Of a stretch of DNA of 64,000 bases, positions 38,045 to 51,335 are shown in pieces (positions within the stretch are counted from its first letter, which is position 1; each line of letters opens with the position of its first letter). This DNA comes from Octopus vulgaris (taxonomy: Eukaryota): NCBI GenBank assembly GCA_951406725.2, contig OX597831.1, positions 70,060,001 through 70,124,000 of the forward strand, written 5' to 3'. The notes beneath the pieces are model-generated. The model made no database searches, had not been told where the DNA came from, and worked only from the letters and a program-made list of their open reading frames with translations. The translations under genes were made by a program, and so were the position numbers.

Positions 38045-38990
38045 GTATATACTGTATATTCATATATATATTACTTTTACGAGAATAATATTGATAGAGA
38101 CTTCAAAGATTCAGCCAACTAAGCCATTATTGGATTGTAATGAATTAAGTTAATCTTGCTTTTGTGTAGTTTCTACTGAGATAAATTTTTTTTCTGGGAT
38201 GTGTGTGGTTCAGTTGAAAAGTAATTAGGTTGAAGGGTGAGTTGTGATGAAGAATATTTTATTGATTAAATTCTGGGTTATTTTTGTTCAGAATTCATTC
38301 ATGCATGTATATCTTTGTAAACAATTTGTTTATTTAGGAGTGTCAGCTTCAGATCATAGGGTTGTTTTTTAGTGATTCACAAAAAGAAAGTAGGTTGACA
38401 AAGTTTTGGACCAGCAGATGTGTAATTAGTTTTAGTTGCTTTTGGTTTTATTGGACTTAATCCAGCATTTGAGAACATCACTTGGGATCTTCAGTTGAAA
38501 ATAACATTTTAGCATCTATTTCTAAAATATTCACTACATTAGCTCGTGTGCATTCCTTACTTCAAACATCCAACTCTGTTTAAAAGAAAACTATCATGTA
38601 CAAGAATAAATTTTAAATAAAGATGTATTATTACCGTTATTAATGGTATTAATAAGGTAATGATAAAGTGGCCAGCAAATTCACACCATTACAGGCATAA
38701 TATAAGGCAAATTTAGATTCAGTAGGGTATATAATACCACTTGCTAATGTAGTGAATATTTTAGAAATAGGTATTAAACTGAAGATCCCAGAGTATGTTG
38801 GTCATACAGAGGGTGAAATCAATTAATATAGAAAAATATATTATTTAGTATTCAATGAAAAGGTAAGCCTACTTCTAATATGTTCATTGCATTGCTTGTG
38901 TGTATCTTTATTGTGAGTTTATGGTGGTTTTGGAGCCTTGGCTCTGAATCTTGCAAGTGGTTTTATATACCCTACCGGGTATTATCTCTC

Positions 38991-39023
<33 letters not shown>

Positions 39024-39265
39024 ATATATATATTGCTTGAGAAGACCCAACAAGCCAAGTGAGACCATAGCCCTTGGCCTATGCCAGTGGGTGTAACCAG
39101 CCCATTTATGAATATCCCTCATTCATTGGACAATGAACTTTGCTTGCGAAGACCTATTTCTTATGCTTACAGACAACAAAGTAGTGGAAATGAAGGCAGA
39201 ATTGTGTAAAATAAAAAATGAAATATTTGTTTTTAGATGACATAGTCACAGTAACATTGAAACAA

Positions 39266-39328
<63 letters not shown>

Positions 39329-39879
39329 AAGAGAGAGAAATGTGAAATAGTTTGCTACACAAATACCAGAACAAACAGAATGGAAGAAAATATTTTAAAT
39401 ATTTTTTCCTTCATATTAACAAATTTGACATGGCAAAACAGTTACTGTTTTCTAAATTCACACTATGGATATGATTTATTATAGAAACTGGATCTCATGT
39501 GGTATTTTAAAAAGTAATTCTTATAAAAGAGTCTTATTTTTTTTAAAAACTGAAATTATTGGTTAACATAAATATTTAGTCACTGACATCAGTGAAATCC
39601 TAGAATACTTTTGCTTTCAGAAAATTATACAATTTATAATTGCTTCTCCATGTTTGCATGGTTTGGATGAATGTGTTGTTTGAGATATTGTTTTACAGCC
39701 AGATAACCTCCTTGATACTAATTCTTTTCTGGTTTTTGACTAAGGGATCTTTTACTCAATACCACTTCTAAGACATGAAGTGCCTGGATGATTTTTTGAT
39801 CATAGAAAATGACAATAACAATATACATCCTACTGTCACACTAACAATTACAAATAAACAAATAAAAAAATAAATGCAC

Positions 39880-40121
39880 CCTTTTAAAGCCTAGCCAGGC
39901 TCATGGGCCCGGTTACCCGGCTTCTATAGCGTATGTGTTCCCCAGCTGGACAGGATGCCAGTCCATTGCAGCGTTACTCATTTTTGCCAGCTGAGTGAAC
40001 TGGAGCAATGTGAAATAAAGTGTTTTGCTCAAGAACACAATGAGTCACCCGGTCCAGGAATCGAAACCACGACCTTATGATCATGAGTTCAGCACCCTAA
40101 CCACTAAGCCACGTGCCTCCA
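39880..40121 (-). mobile_element. SINE family C, full length
   Basis: tRNA-like head GGAGGCACGTGGCTTAGTGG..GTTTCGATTCC, CORE-like middle, and tail shared with 14240. Confidence 0.85.
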
Positions 40122-41055
40122 CACAAATAAACAAACATGCATATAAATATGCACATACATCCCAACACACACGCACACAGACACACACACACACACATGT
40201 CTTCTTTCAGTTTCAATCAACCAAATACACTCACAAGGCTATAACTTACCAGGGTCTATAGTAGAAAACACTTACTCAAGGTGCTGTACTATGGAACTGA
40301 ACCCAAAACCATGTGGTTAAGAAGCAAATTTCTTAACTATACAGCCAAGCAATACTAAAATTTCATATATTCGAAGAATTTCAACATTTGTCATGAATAA
40401 TTCAAATGCAATCCTGAAAAATACCTGAAATAAAAAATCATTTCTTTCTGTGTTATGTTTTTAATATTGCAGAAAAGAGATGGTACACCCTATCAACCAT
40501 ACATTTCCCACTCGACACAAATAAAAAGTCGATTGGTTGCAGATTTACTTTTAATTATTCAGTCTTGTTATAACTGATTATCCCACATGAAAAAAAAATA
40601 CTGTTCACACCACTTAATATTCTGATAAATTATTCACTTGCTATCAGCATTTATGAAAATGTCTGCTAAAAGGAAAGCAAGATTTCAAATCTGTAGAGAA
40701 TTCTGTAACTATTTGAATGTCTTTTATTATGTGTTATCACCTCCTGTTTATAGACATTTTATTCAGTCAATGAAGGAATTTAGTGAGGCTTTTTGGATAC
40801 TTTTACAATTATATAATATAATTTCAAGTATAATCTATATATTTATGGTTATGTGGTTAGAACTTTAATACATAACAACAAGGTTCCTGATTCAATCCCA
40901 CTGCACAGCACTTTGGGCTTTTTACTATACTCTTATATTGGCAAATAACTTGTGAGTGGATATTGGTAGAAAGAAACTGTACACACACATAGATAGACCC
41001 ACATATGTTAACAAACTGGGTCATATTAGAACTTCAGTCATGGCTATAAAAATAC

Positions 41056-41289
41056 CTATTTCTTTATTACCCACAAGGGGCCAAACACAGAGGGGACAAA
41101 CAAGGACAGACATAGGTATTAAGTCGATTACATCGACCCCAGTGCGTAACTGGTACTTAATTTATCGACCCCGGATGGATGAAAGGCAAAGTCGACCTCG
41201 GTGGAATTCGAACTCACAACGTAACGCAGACAAAATACCGCTAAGCATTTCGCCCGGTGTGCTAACATTTCTGCCAGCTCGCCGCCTTT
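41056..41289 (-). mobile_element. SINE family B with 14-bp TSD
   Basis: TSD CTATAAAAATACCT at 41044-41057 and 41290-41303. Confidence 0.93.
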
Positions 41290-42060
41290 CTATAAAAATA
41301 CCTTATTACTTCAGTTGAAACACATGTATTTGAGGACAATGTTTTTTTTTTAAGCCTAATCTTTTCATCCAAAGCATCCTTTTAAGCATTAATAAAACAC
41401 AATCAATAAACATGATATCATATACTAAAATGCAATAAAAAATCCACACTTCATTTTGAAGATATTTCTTCTCAGATATAAAAGCTAACAGACATTGAAA
41501 TAAAATATTGATGGTATTATTACATATTAGGTTACATAAATAATCTGTAAAACAAGGGATCAATTAAATTTGTAAAAGAAACAAGTAAATTAAACATTTT
41601 GAAATATAATAAGTTAACAAATGAAAATTAGTAGAGATTCTTACCTGAGCTTTGCAGACCATTCCCTTAAAATGAAAGATAGCAAAGTGATAGGAGAGGA
41701 GAAAATTATTGGCATCAGTATTAACAGTAGGATTCTTGAGAGAGAAATACATGGATAAGCTCTAGGAATATTCTCAAGCTACTTGTAAAGCAACTTAGCT
41801 TTTTTGCAAATAAATATCTCATTCACTGGTTTCCAATTTGACTGTTTCTCTTTGAGCCAGAATAATATACTATTTTCCACCTCATCAAAATGTGAGCAAC
41901 TTCTACAATAGAAGACAGTAAGCCAAGATGGACAACCCTTTTTCAAGAAGCAGGCAGCATCAGGCATCGCATGTCACATAACCAGCCCATTTGAAATGTA
42001 CTTTTGAATCATCAGGTGACACACCATAGTTGAGGAGACTTATTGGATGTATCATCAACG

Positions 42061-42362
42061 TCATCATCATCATCATTTAACGTCCACTTTCCATGCTAGC
42101 ATGGGTTGGACGATTTGACTGAGGTCTGGTGATCCAGACTCCAATCTGATCTGGCAGAGTTTCTACAGCTGGATGCCCTTCCTAATGCCAACCACTCCGA
42201 GAGTGTAGTGGGTGCTTTTACGTGCCACTGGCACAAGGGCCAGTTTGGTGGTACTGGCAACGGCCATGCCCAAATGGTGCTTTTTACATGCTACCTGCAC
42301 TGGAGGCAGTCCAGCGGCACTGGTGACGACCTCGCTCGAATGTTTCACATGCCACCAGCACA
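42061..42362 (-). mobile_element. RTE LINE 3'UTR and tail
   Basis: Reverse complement of the RTE 3' end with (GAT)n. Confidence 0.85.
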
Positions 42363-42412
<50 letters not shown>

Positions 42413-42669
42413 CTGTCTATATATATATGTGCATATGAGCACGAATACAAAAATTCTTTTTTTGTCGAAGTATTATCTTCCTAGTTACAACAGCAGTGGC
42501 TCATTACATCATTTTCTCAAAACTAGAATTTTCATGTTCATATCTGAATTTTTCGCGTTTCAACTTTTCTCTGTTTTTTACTCATTCCCAAAGTTGACGG
42601 ACATTTAGCAATATGTAAAACCAAATCTCTTGTGAGACTGCTTATCTTTAAATTTTTCTACCTATTTTT

Positions 42670-42711
42670 GTACATGAAGAGACCTAGAATGGGTCGAAAC
42701 ATGTGTCATAC
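42670..42711 (+). ncRNA. Hammerhead-like motif, slightly decayed
   Basis: GTAC-ATGAAGA-GACCT agaat GGGTC-GAAA-CATGTG-TC-ATAC. C3 is replaced by A. Confidence 0.65.
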
Positions 42712-42863
42712 TAAATAAAATCTTTTTTTTCCATCTATTTTATTAATACTGTTACCTCAACCATCACTATGAAGTTCCTACAATCTACGGATAATAACAG
42801 GTAATCGTAACTGTGGTGGTGCTTTACTCATCATCCACTTATACACTTTGTATAATTTCTCTA

Positions 42864-42898
<35 letters not shown>

Positions 42899-43291
42899 AC
42901 AATTTAAAGGAAAATTCCAGGGGAATAATTACAAGGTAGCTAAATGTTGCTTAAGTGTGTCTGGATTTAAATCCAGGATAGTAAGTCGTGTTTTCTAGAA
43001 AATAGGAAAATTGAACAAGGAGACAAACTCTCGGGATGTTAAACCATTTATATCTTGAATTCTTCTACATATGTGTCGACGAAAGCACTTCAAAATGCCC
43101 GACAGGATAAAGTATGGTCAGCAATGCATCAATCTCATATCCTGTATGGATATTTTATACTGTCTCTGAAGTTCTGTCAGCGTTTCTGCATTTCAAAATA
43201 AATTATTATCTTATTTGTATCTCAAAATTCACATTTCAGCACTTCTAAGGCCAGCATTGGTTTGTTTACTTTTATCGTAATATATATATAC

Positions 43292-43322
<31 letters not shown>

Positions 43323-43331
43323 CATATATAT

Positions 43332-44620
43332 ATATTCCTGGTAAGGCAGCTGCAGGAGAAATACCTAGCCAAGGATAAGCCCCTGTACCTGGCTTTCGTT
43401 GACATGGAGAAAGCCTTTGATAGGGTCCCCCGATCCCTCATCTGATGGTCAATGAGGAAACTAGGGATAGATGAATGGCTGGTGAGGGCTGTGCAAGCCA
43501 TGTACAGAGATGCCGTAAGTAAGGTTAGAGTTGGCAACATGTACACAGAAGAATTCAAAGTAGAGGTTGGGGTCCACCAGGGTTCAGTACTCAGCCCCCT
43601 CCTATTTATCATAGTCCTCCAGGCAATAACGGAGGAATTCAAGACAGGTTGCCCCTGGGAGCTCCTCTATGCTGACGACCTCGCTCTAATCGCTGAGTCA
43701 CTATCAGAACTGGAGGAGAAGTTCCAGGTGTGGAAGGAGGGTTTAGAATCGAGGGGCCTTAGAGTCAACCTAGCTAAAACCAAAGTACTAATAAGTAGAA
43801 AGGTAGAAAACCCACAAATATCCTCAGGAAGATGGCCCTGCTCGATCTGTAGAAAAGGTGTAGGTAGAAACTCTATAAGATGTACCCAGTGTAAGCTATG
43901 GACACATAAGAGGTGCAGCAATGTCAAAGGTAGGCTAACTGGGAAGATAGTTTTTGTATGTGGCAGGTGCTCTGGAGCATTGACCTCCGAAAATCTGCAG
44001 AAAACAACTTCTGTCACTTTCCGGGGGAAAAACTAGAAGTAGTTGATAGCTTCCGCTATCTAGGTGACCAAGTCAGTAGTGGGGGTGGGTGCGCTGAAAG
44101 TGTAACTGCTAGAATAAGAATAGCCTGGGCAAAGTTTAGGGAGCTCTTACCTCTGCTGGTGACTAAAGGCCTCTCGCTCAGAGTAAAAGGCAGACTGTAT
44201 GATGCATGTGTACGAACAGCTATGCTACATGGCAGTGAAACATGGGCCGTGACTGCTGAGGACATGCGTAAGCTCGTGAGGAACGAAGCCAGTATGCTCC
44301 ATTGGATGTGTAATGTCAGTGTACTTACTCGACAGAGCGTTAGTACCTTGAGAGAAATGTTGTACCTAAGAAGCATCAGTTGTTGTGTGCAAGAGAGACG
44401 ATTGCGCTGGTATGGTCATGTGGCGAGAATGGATGAAGATAGGTGTGTGAGAAAGTGCCAATCCCTAGCAGTTGAGGGAACCCGTGGAAGAGGTAGACCC
44501 AGGAAAACCTGGGACGAGGTGGTGAAGCACGACCTTCGGACGTTAGGTCTCACCATGGAAATGACTAGAGACCGAGACCTATGGAAGTATGCTGTGCGTG
44601 AGAAGACCCGGCAAGACTAG
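43332..44620 (+). pseudogene. RTE reverse transcriptase ORF (disrupted)
   Basis: ORFs 43452-44036 and 43958-44620 join across a frameshift. Confidence 0.93.
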
Positions 44621-45181
44621 TGAAGCCATAATCCGTGGCCCCTACCTGGGACGTAGTCAGTCCACCTGTGCATACCTTCCTTCTTGTGACACTTGTGAAG
44701 ACCTGTTGAGGCAAGTGAGAATCGAATCGTATCGAATCAAATCGAACCAAATCAAAATAGATGAATATCAATGGAATTTGTATCCTTGTGGTACCAGTGC
44801 CGGTGGCACATAAGAAAACCATCCGAACGTGACCGTAGCCAGTACCGCAATGACTGGCCTCCGTGCTGAGGGCACGTAACAAACACCATCCGAGCGTGGC
44901 CGTCCGCCAGCCTCGTCTGGCACCTGTGTCGGTGACACATAAGAAAACACCATCCGAGCGTGGCCGTCTGCCAGCCTCGTCTGGCACCTGTGTCGGTGGC
45001 ACATAAAATCACCCACTACACTCTCGGAGTGGTTGGCGTTAGGAAGGGCATCCAGCTGTAGAAACACTGCCACATCTGACTGGCCTGGTGCAGCCTTCGG
45101 GCTTCCCAGACCCCAGTTGAACCGTCCAACCCATGCTAGCATGGAAAGCGGACGTTAAACGATGATGATGATGATGATGAT
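43332..45181 (+). mobile_element. Young 5'-truncated RTE-clade LINE: RT domain, Cys-rich insert, C-terminus, repeated 3'UTR and (GAT)n tail
   Basis: FVDMEKAFDRVPR, GVHQGSVLSPLLF, YADD, YLG, RLRWYGHV, RGRPRKTW. One stop (~43443) and one frameshift (~44025). Confidence 0.96.
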
Positions 45182-45186
45182 ATAGT

Positions 45187-45382
45187 TAGTTAATCCAAAC
45201 AAGAAAGCACAAAAAAACACAACGCAAGGACATGGAACAAATATAGTATTATTGGACGCTCAGGAAAGAAGGAGGGTTTAATGTTTCGAGCGGAGCGCTT
45301 CGTCAGAAACATAGGAGAAGGAAAGATCCAGAGAAGGGAAGACAGAGGAAAAAAATCGCCAACGGTACACATACGGTCACAT
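45187..45382 (-). mobile_element. HHR-bearing short element, copy of 24833-25042 (motif at 45276-45310)
   Basis: GTTT-CTGACGAA-GCGC tcc GCTC-GAAA-CA-TT-AAAC. Confidence 0.7.
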
Positions 45383-45692
45383 ATATACCATCATTTATCC
45401 TGTTGGACATTTTTGAGTGCATCTTTCAAAACATATGAAACAGAATTCATGATATAAATGATTTAACGACACCCTGAGTGTTCATCTCCTTGTTCAATTT
45501 TCCTATATAAGTGAATATATATATATATATATGGATATTTCATCTGGTATGGATATTTTATACTGTCTCTGCTGTTCTATCAGCGTTTGTGCATTTGAAA
45601 ATAAATTATTATCATATTTGTATCTCACAATACACATTTCAGTAATTCTAAAGCAAACATTGGTTTGTTTACATTCATCATAATATATATAT

Positions 45693-45895
45693 ATATCAAA
45701 GTATCAATAGAGACAAAAATCCCCATAAATTCAACCATGTCATAGAATATTATATTTAATACTTACTAGAACATAGTATACAACCTCATGAAACACATGT
45801 AGTCGACAACTTTGAACATGAATAGTATTAAATATAATATTCTATGACATGGTGGAATTTATGGGGGTTTTTGTCTTTAATTATACTTTGATATA
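45693..45895. repeat. Imperfect palindrome in a TA tract; the spacer holds CCTCAT-GAAA-CACATG-TA, like the 3' half of the 11758 hammerhead
   Basis: Arms ~45693-45762 and ~45823-45895. Confidence 0.7.
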
Positions 45896-45984
45896 TATGT
45901 ATTTATTTATTGAGAATATCCACAGCTGATATCCACAGCTTTGTGCGCTGTGTTAGGTTGTGTGCGCTTTTAAAAAAGAAAAAA

Positions 45985-46176
45985 GGCAGTCACCATGATA
46001 GATCGGTAGCCACCACACACATTTGTTTTCTCTTCTTGTTTCTCTCTTTGTTTCTTTCTGTGGAAGAGCGTAGGCTCGAAATATAAAAGACTTTTTCACT
46101 TCCTGAGCGTTATACTAATACATCTGTTTGTTTTCTACACCACCTGTCTTCGTCTTTTGTTTTTTTCCGTGAATTA
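45985..46176 (+). mobile_element. HHR-bearing element of the 10260-11252 family (motif at 46053-46090)
   Basis: TCTTT-CTGTGGAA-GAGC gtag GCTC-GAAA-TA-TA-AAAGA, followed by the shared CTTCCTGAGC..CTAATACA..CACCTGTCTT. Confidence 0.65.
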
Positions 46177-46935
46177 TATATATACATATATATATATCAT
46201 ATACATTCGATCCTTTTTCCAAGAAATCTAATGCTCATAGCTTAGTTTTTCCTTGGGCCTGGCCAGATCGGAGCAATCTCAAGATTAATCAGCCGAAATT
46301 GCGAGGATGATCCGGTTCTTGACTGAAGATTGACCCGTCCGTTTTTTGTATCGTCTATTTGAATGTTTTGCGTTCTTGTACCATTTTGTATTTTTATATA
46401 TATTTTTTATACATATGTATATATATATATATATATCATTAGAAGCAAAATCTGTCTGAGCATGCAGTTGAGAGTGAATAGTTGCTACTGATAATGCACA
46501 AATATGCAGACATCATGTGATCTAGCAATTCCACTGTCACTACTGGCATTTTCGTCTGCTACTGATGCTTCTGTGCATTTTAGCCTCATACATCTATATG
46601 AGATGCTTTCTCAAGACAAATGCTGAAGTATTGTGGCTTTCTTCTAGTATATCCCTGTTAAGCAAGACATACAGGTTGTTATTCTACTTATATACTTCTC
46701 CTATAGAAATGTAATAAGTGATATTTAGTTTCAAAATTTTTACCATTTTCTTCTTGTAAGATAAAAGTAGAAACATGTCCGAGCACATAATTAAAAGTTA
46801 TAATCAGCGCTGTTGAAGAAGCATTTTGTCTATTGTTTATCATTTGAATATTGCAATTAGCAGAGTTAGTGTGGAATTAAATCTCTGATTTTAAAATAGC
46901 TGACAGGCTGATTACTTACTCTTGGCGTATGGCAG

Positions 46936-47488
46936 GATAAACTTGTTTTATTTTCAATATAAGTATATATCGTAAACTAAGCACAACTGAATTAGATTTA
47001 CACTGAAGGATTTATATATTGATGGCACCGGTTGGTATCAACATATTTGTTTTTAATTAAATTAGATATTTCACAGAAGACTCATTCTAACCATCTACAA
47101 ACACTGTAGAATCGCGGTTTCGATTCCCAGACCGGGCGTTGTGAGTGTTTATTGAGTGAAAACACTTAAAGCTCCATGAGGCTCCGGCAGGGGGTGGTGG
47201 CAATCCCTGCTGTACTCTTTCACCACAGCTTTCTCTCTTTCTTCTGTTGGTCTGCTCGCTTAGCCAGCGGGGTGGAGTCATTTGAAGGCTAAAACAATGC
47301 AAAGCGCATTGTGACCAGTGATAAACTTGTTTTATTTTCAATATAAGTATATATCGTAAACTAAGCACGACTGAACTAAATTTACACTGAAAGATTTATA
47401 TATTGATGGCACTGGTTGGTATCAATATATTAGTTTTTAATTAAATTAAATATTTCACAGAAGACTCATTTTAACCATGTACAAACAC
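46936..47488 (+). repeat. 169-bp direct repeat (46936-47104, 47320-47488) flanking a truncated family D SINE (47109-47320)
   Basis: Colinear repeats with scattered substitutions. Confidence 0.9.
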
Positions 47489-48740
47489 ATATATTTCTTA
47501 ATGTGTCAAAATTTCTTTCACACTACTGCAACCTAATCAACCAACAAGGTTGTACAACTGCAATCTTGTTAGTACGTAGGCAGCAACCGTGCAACAAAAA
47601 TTTTCACTCACCAAGAAATAAATGTAAAGTGAATTTAACAGTTTTAATGTGATTTTTAAATAGCTGAAATTATTCTTCCAAGATTTACTTGATTCAGTTT
47701 TAACAAATCATTTTAGTTCAAATCACTGTTGCTCAATATATAGATTTCCAATTAAATGCTGTTTTAGTTACTCTAATTTTGATAATCCATATTCTATGTT
47801 ATAATATAAAATAATTCAAAATGTTTTGCACCCTTTCTGGATTTTAAACTTTTTTAAAAAATACTAACATTATTTACAAATTGCTAAAACATTCTTATTA
47901 TTTGCAGTATGTTATTCATCTAAGTAAGCTGAGGTGATGACCTTGTAAATACTTTTGTGCTTTTATATGAAACACCTAATATATATCAGAAGTATTGGGC
48001 TTGAAAAAGCAGTGAATCAACAGAGTTGTCAGAATAAACAATACAAAGTGATGTATCTCGCATTTACTAGATATATATCTGAGTTTTTACACTTTCAGCT
48101 CACATCTTGTCACATTTGACTTGTGCTTTCATCTCTTCAGAGTTGATAAAAACATTAAACCAGGGCAGTAGATTGCTGAAATATCAGATGGAATGTTACA
48201 TGGTATTTTTCTGAACATTTTGCATTGCCATGGTGACTTTTGACAGCACCACTGGTGCCAAGCCATGCCAGTTATGGCTTTTCTATAGACTACATTAGCA
48301 GCAAGTGAGGAGAAAATTACCACAGTTCCCTTTTGCGAGGAGAGGGACAACTCTCTCCCAACAACGGAAAGTTCAAGTCTTCCATAGAATCTTTGCCCGA
48401 GTCAGCACCTTGGAAAACAAAATTTTCTAGGTGCAAATATTTAGATCATCTTTAGCAGACCACAAATGCCGTTAACTCAATTTATAGAAAAATTTGTTTT
48501 CAAAGCAAACAAAATACTAAAATGCTTAACGAAATACTTAACAGTATTTCATCTGTCTTCATGTTCTGAGTTGAAATGCTATCAGGGTCATCTTTACTTT
48601 TCATCCTCTTGGAATTAACAAAATAAGTACCAGTTGCACAATGGGGTTGATATAATCGAATATACCCCTCCCCCAAATGTCAGGCCTTGTGGCTATAGTA
48701 GAAAGGATTATTATCCATCACACACACACACACACACACA

Positions 48741-48777
<37 letters not shown>

Positions 48778-49916
48778 CACCTTCTCACCCAAATCAACAA
48801 ATTCTTTTTCTCCCAAAAATGCTCCTATTTTCTTCTCCCAATTATCCTCGTTTTTCTTCTGTCATCACATGCTATGTGACTGCAGTGCTAGCATATGCCA
48901 CTTTTGACAAGAAAATCTAGCTTTTTTGGATGTGATTCTAAAATGTTGTAGCAGTTCTAGGAACTCCAAGAGAAATGATTTTACCTTAATGATAGTTTGT
49001 ATAGTAAACTCTTAAAGTTCTTCATAAAGACAAACTACCATTCAAATATATTTGTCATGTATTTCCAACTGTAATTGAAGTAAAATTACAAGTTGATATT
49101 TCAGCTGGCTTACAGATTAAAGGCCTAATGGAATATGACAAGAATATCGTGTATGAAGTTAAATAATGGAAAATAAGCATTTAAACCTGCTATTCAAAAC
49201 ATTTTTGGAAGGTGTGATAGCTCCAGATTGCAAGCAGCTGAATGAAAAAAATGTCTGATATTTTTCATTATTTTATACACTTGCTTCCCAACCACATGGT
49301 TCCAGGTTCAGTCCCAGTGTGCAGCACCTTGATTATGTGTCTTCTACTATAGCCTCAGGCTGACCGAAGCTTTTTGAGTAGATTTTATCCGACATTAAAT
49401 ATAAATTTAAGTGTTTACTTCCGGACTCTCTCACTCTGTGAGAACCTCAGTTCAAATTGCACGTGTCTTGAATGGGCTGGAGTATTTCTATTTTGGATGT
49501 ATTTGGGGTACTTAGTTGTGCTCATGACTTAGTATTTTGCTTCTTCCTTGGGTATGAGTAAGTATTTCATTTATTTCTTTGCCACATGTATCACTGACGA
49601 AGGGAGGGTTCTTATGAACTAACCCTGAAATCGGTCCAATATGGTAATAATGGAATTTTTTAGAAATTTCTGTCGGCTTTTTTTTCGAGTAGCGTGTGTA
49701 TTGTGAAAAATTATATGGTAATGGACAATATGTCCAATTTTTCGGCATATTTGGAATTAGAAATTTTTTCGTTTGCCCTTATTTATAAGTTGTTTATAAT
49801 TTTAACCGTTAAAGGTATTTTTTAATATGCTGGCCATTGATAAAATTTTTTTCTTTCAAAAAATTTTATCCTACATTAAATATATATATATGTATGTATA
49901 AATCTATAAACATATA

Positions 49917-50018
<102 letters not shown>

Positions 50019-50122
50019 AATATATAAATATATATAAATATATATATACATATACATATATATATACATATATATACACACACACAAAATTTAGAGGACT
50101 GACCATATATATATACATACAG

Positions 50123-50154
<32 letters not shown>

Positions 50155-51335
50155 AAATCTCTCTATATATGTATGTATATGTAAATATATGTGTGAAATT
50201 TGACTGATGATGACTGCTGCTGTCATCATGTGATTGTTTTTAAAGAGACATAGAGAAAAATAGGGTCTGCTAAGAAATAAAGGTGAGGGAGAAATTATAT
50301 ACATGTGTATGTATGCATATATATATTATAAACATAATCACCACCCAACAAAATAAAAACAAGCCACCCAGCACTTGTTGTACATCATCATCATCATCGT
50401 TCTTTAATGTCCTCTTTTGCTATTGGTATTTCTTCAACAAACTGAACAACCACCTATAATGTACCTGTTCAGTAAAATCATCTGTAAATAAGCAATATTT
50501 CTCTCCACTTCACTTCATTTCTCTACCTCTCTTTTCCTCTCTTCCCGCCTTCTTCTTCTCCCAAGCTTACATAGTTTTCATATTTTCAGAGTAGGTAATT
50601 GAAATGATTGGCTTGTCAGTTCTTTACTTCAGTGGCTGGCTTTAGAGATTATGCATTCTCATTGCTGAGTAGACGATTGGTTTAAAATAAAATTTTCTTA
50701 TAAAATAATCAATTGCTACTTGCCTTTTCATTTCCATTAAATTGTGTTGCTTATTCTTATTACATGTTTGCTTGCTAATTTCTCTCTATTGTGATTATTG
50801 CAAACTGAATCATTATGTGTGTTTGCAAAACAGTAATATGTCTGATCATAAAAAGCTTTTGCTATGCAGAAAGGTGATTGCCATTGCTGCTATACAGCTG
50901 TTCTAATATTTATGTAAACATAAAGATTCCAGACAAATTCAAAGCATACAAAAGAAAAACGTAAAATTGCATTAAAAAAAAAACAACTTTTTTTTTTAAT
51001 GCCTTTTTAATTTGGAATGAGTTTTTTTCTACCCATTACTTAACATATTTTTTACATTTTCTTTAGCAAAGTGTTTTCATCTTAATGACAATAAATATAT
51101 TTTTGCAAATTACGAGGCCATTCACAGTTAAATAAATAGCTTCTTTGAGAGGATATTTGATTAAAGATCTATAGATCACTGGTTCAATTATGATACATTG
51201 TTGTTCATTTTTCTTATTATAGTTACTGAAATCTGTAGTTTCACCTATTTACCTTGGGAAGGTGACACCTATCTTTCCAGTCACATACATAACAGTGCGT
51301 AAACACTATTATAATAAGATGTACTATGTACATGT

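Noticed and set aside
44790-45010. Repeat-spacer-like array suggesting CRISPR
   Set aside because: Contiguous tandem units in a LINE 3'UTR, with no unique spacers or cas genes, in eukaryotic DNA.
46240-46330. GGCCTG..CAGCC-GAAA-TTGCGA hairpin resembling a hammerhead 3' half
   Set aside because: No recognisable 5' core or UH site.
48290-48388. Possible terminal exon (TTLAASEEKITTVPFCEERDNSLPTTESSSLP*) after TTTCTATAG
   Set aside because: Short, no recognisable homology and no partner exons.
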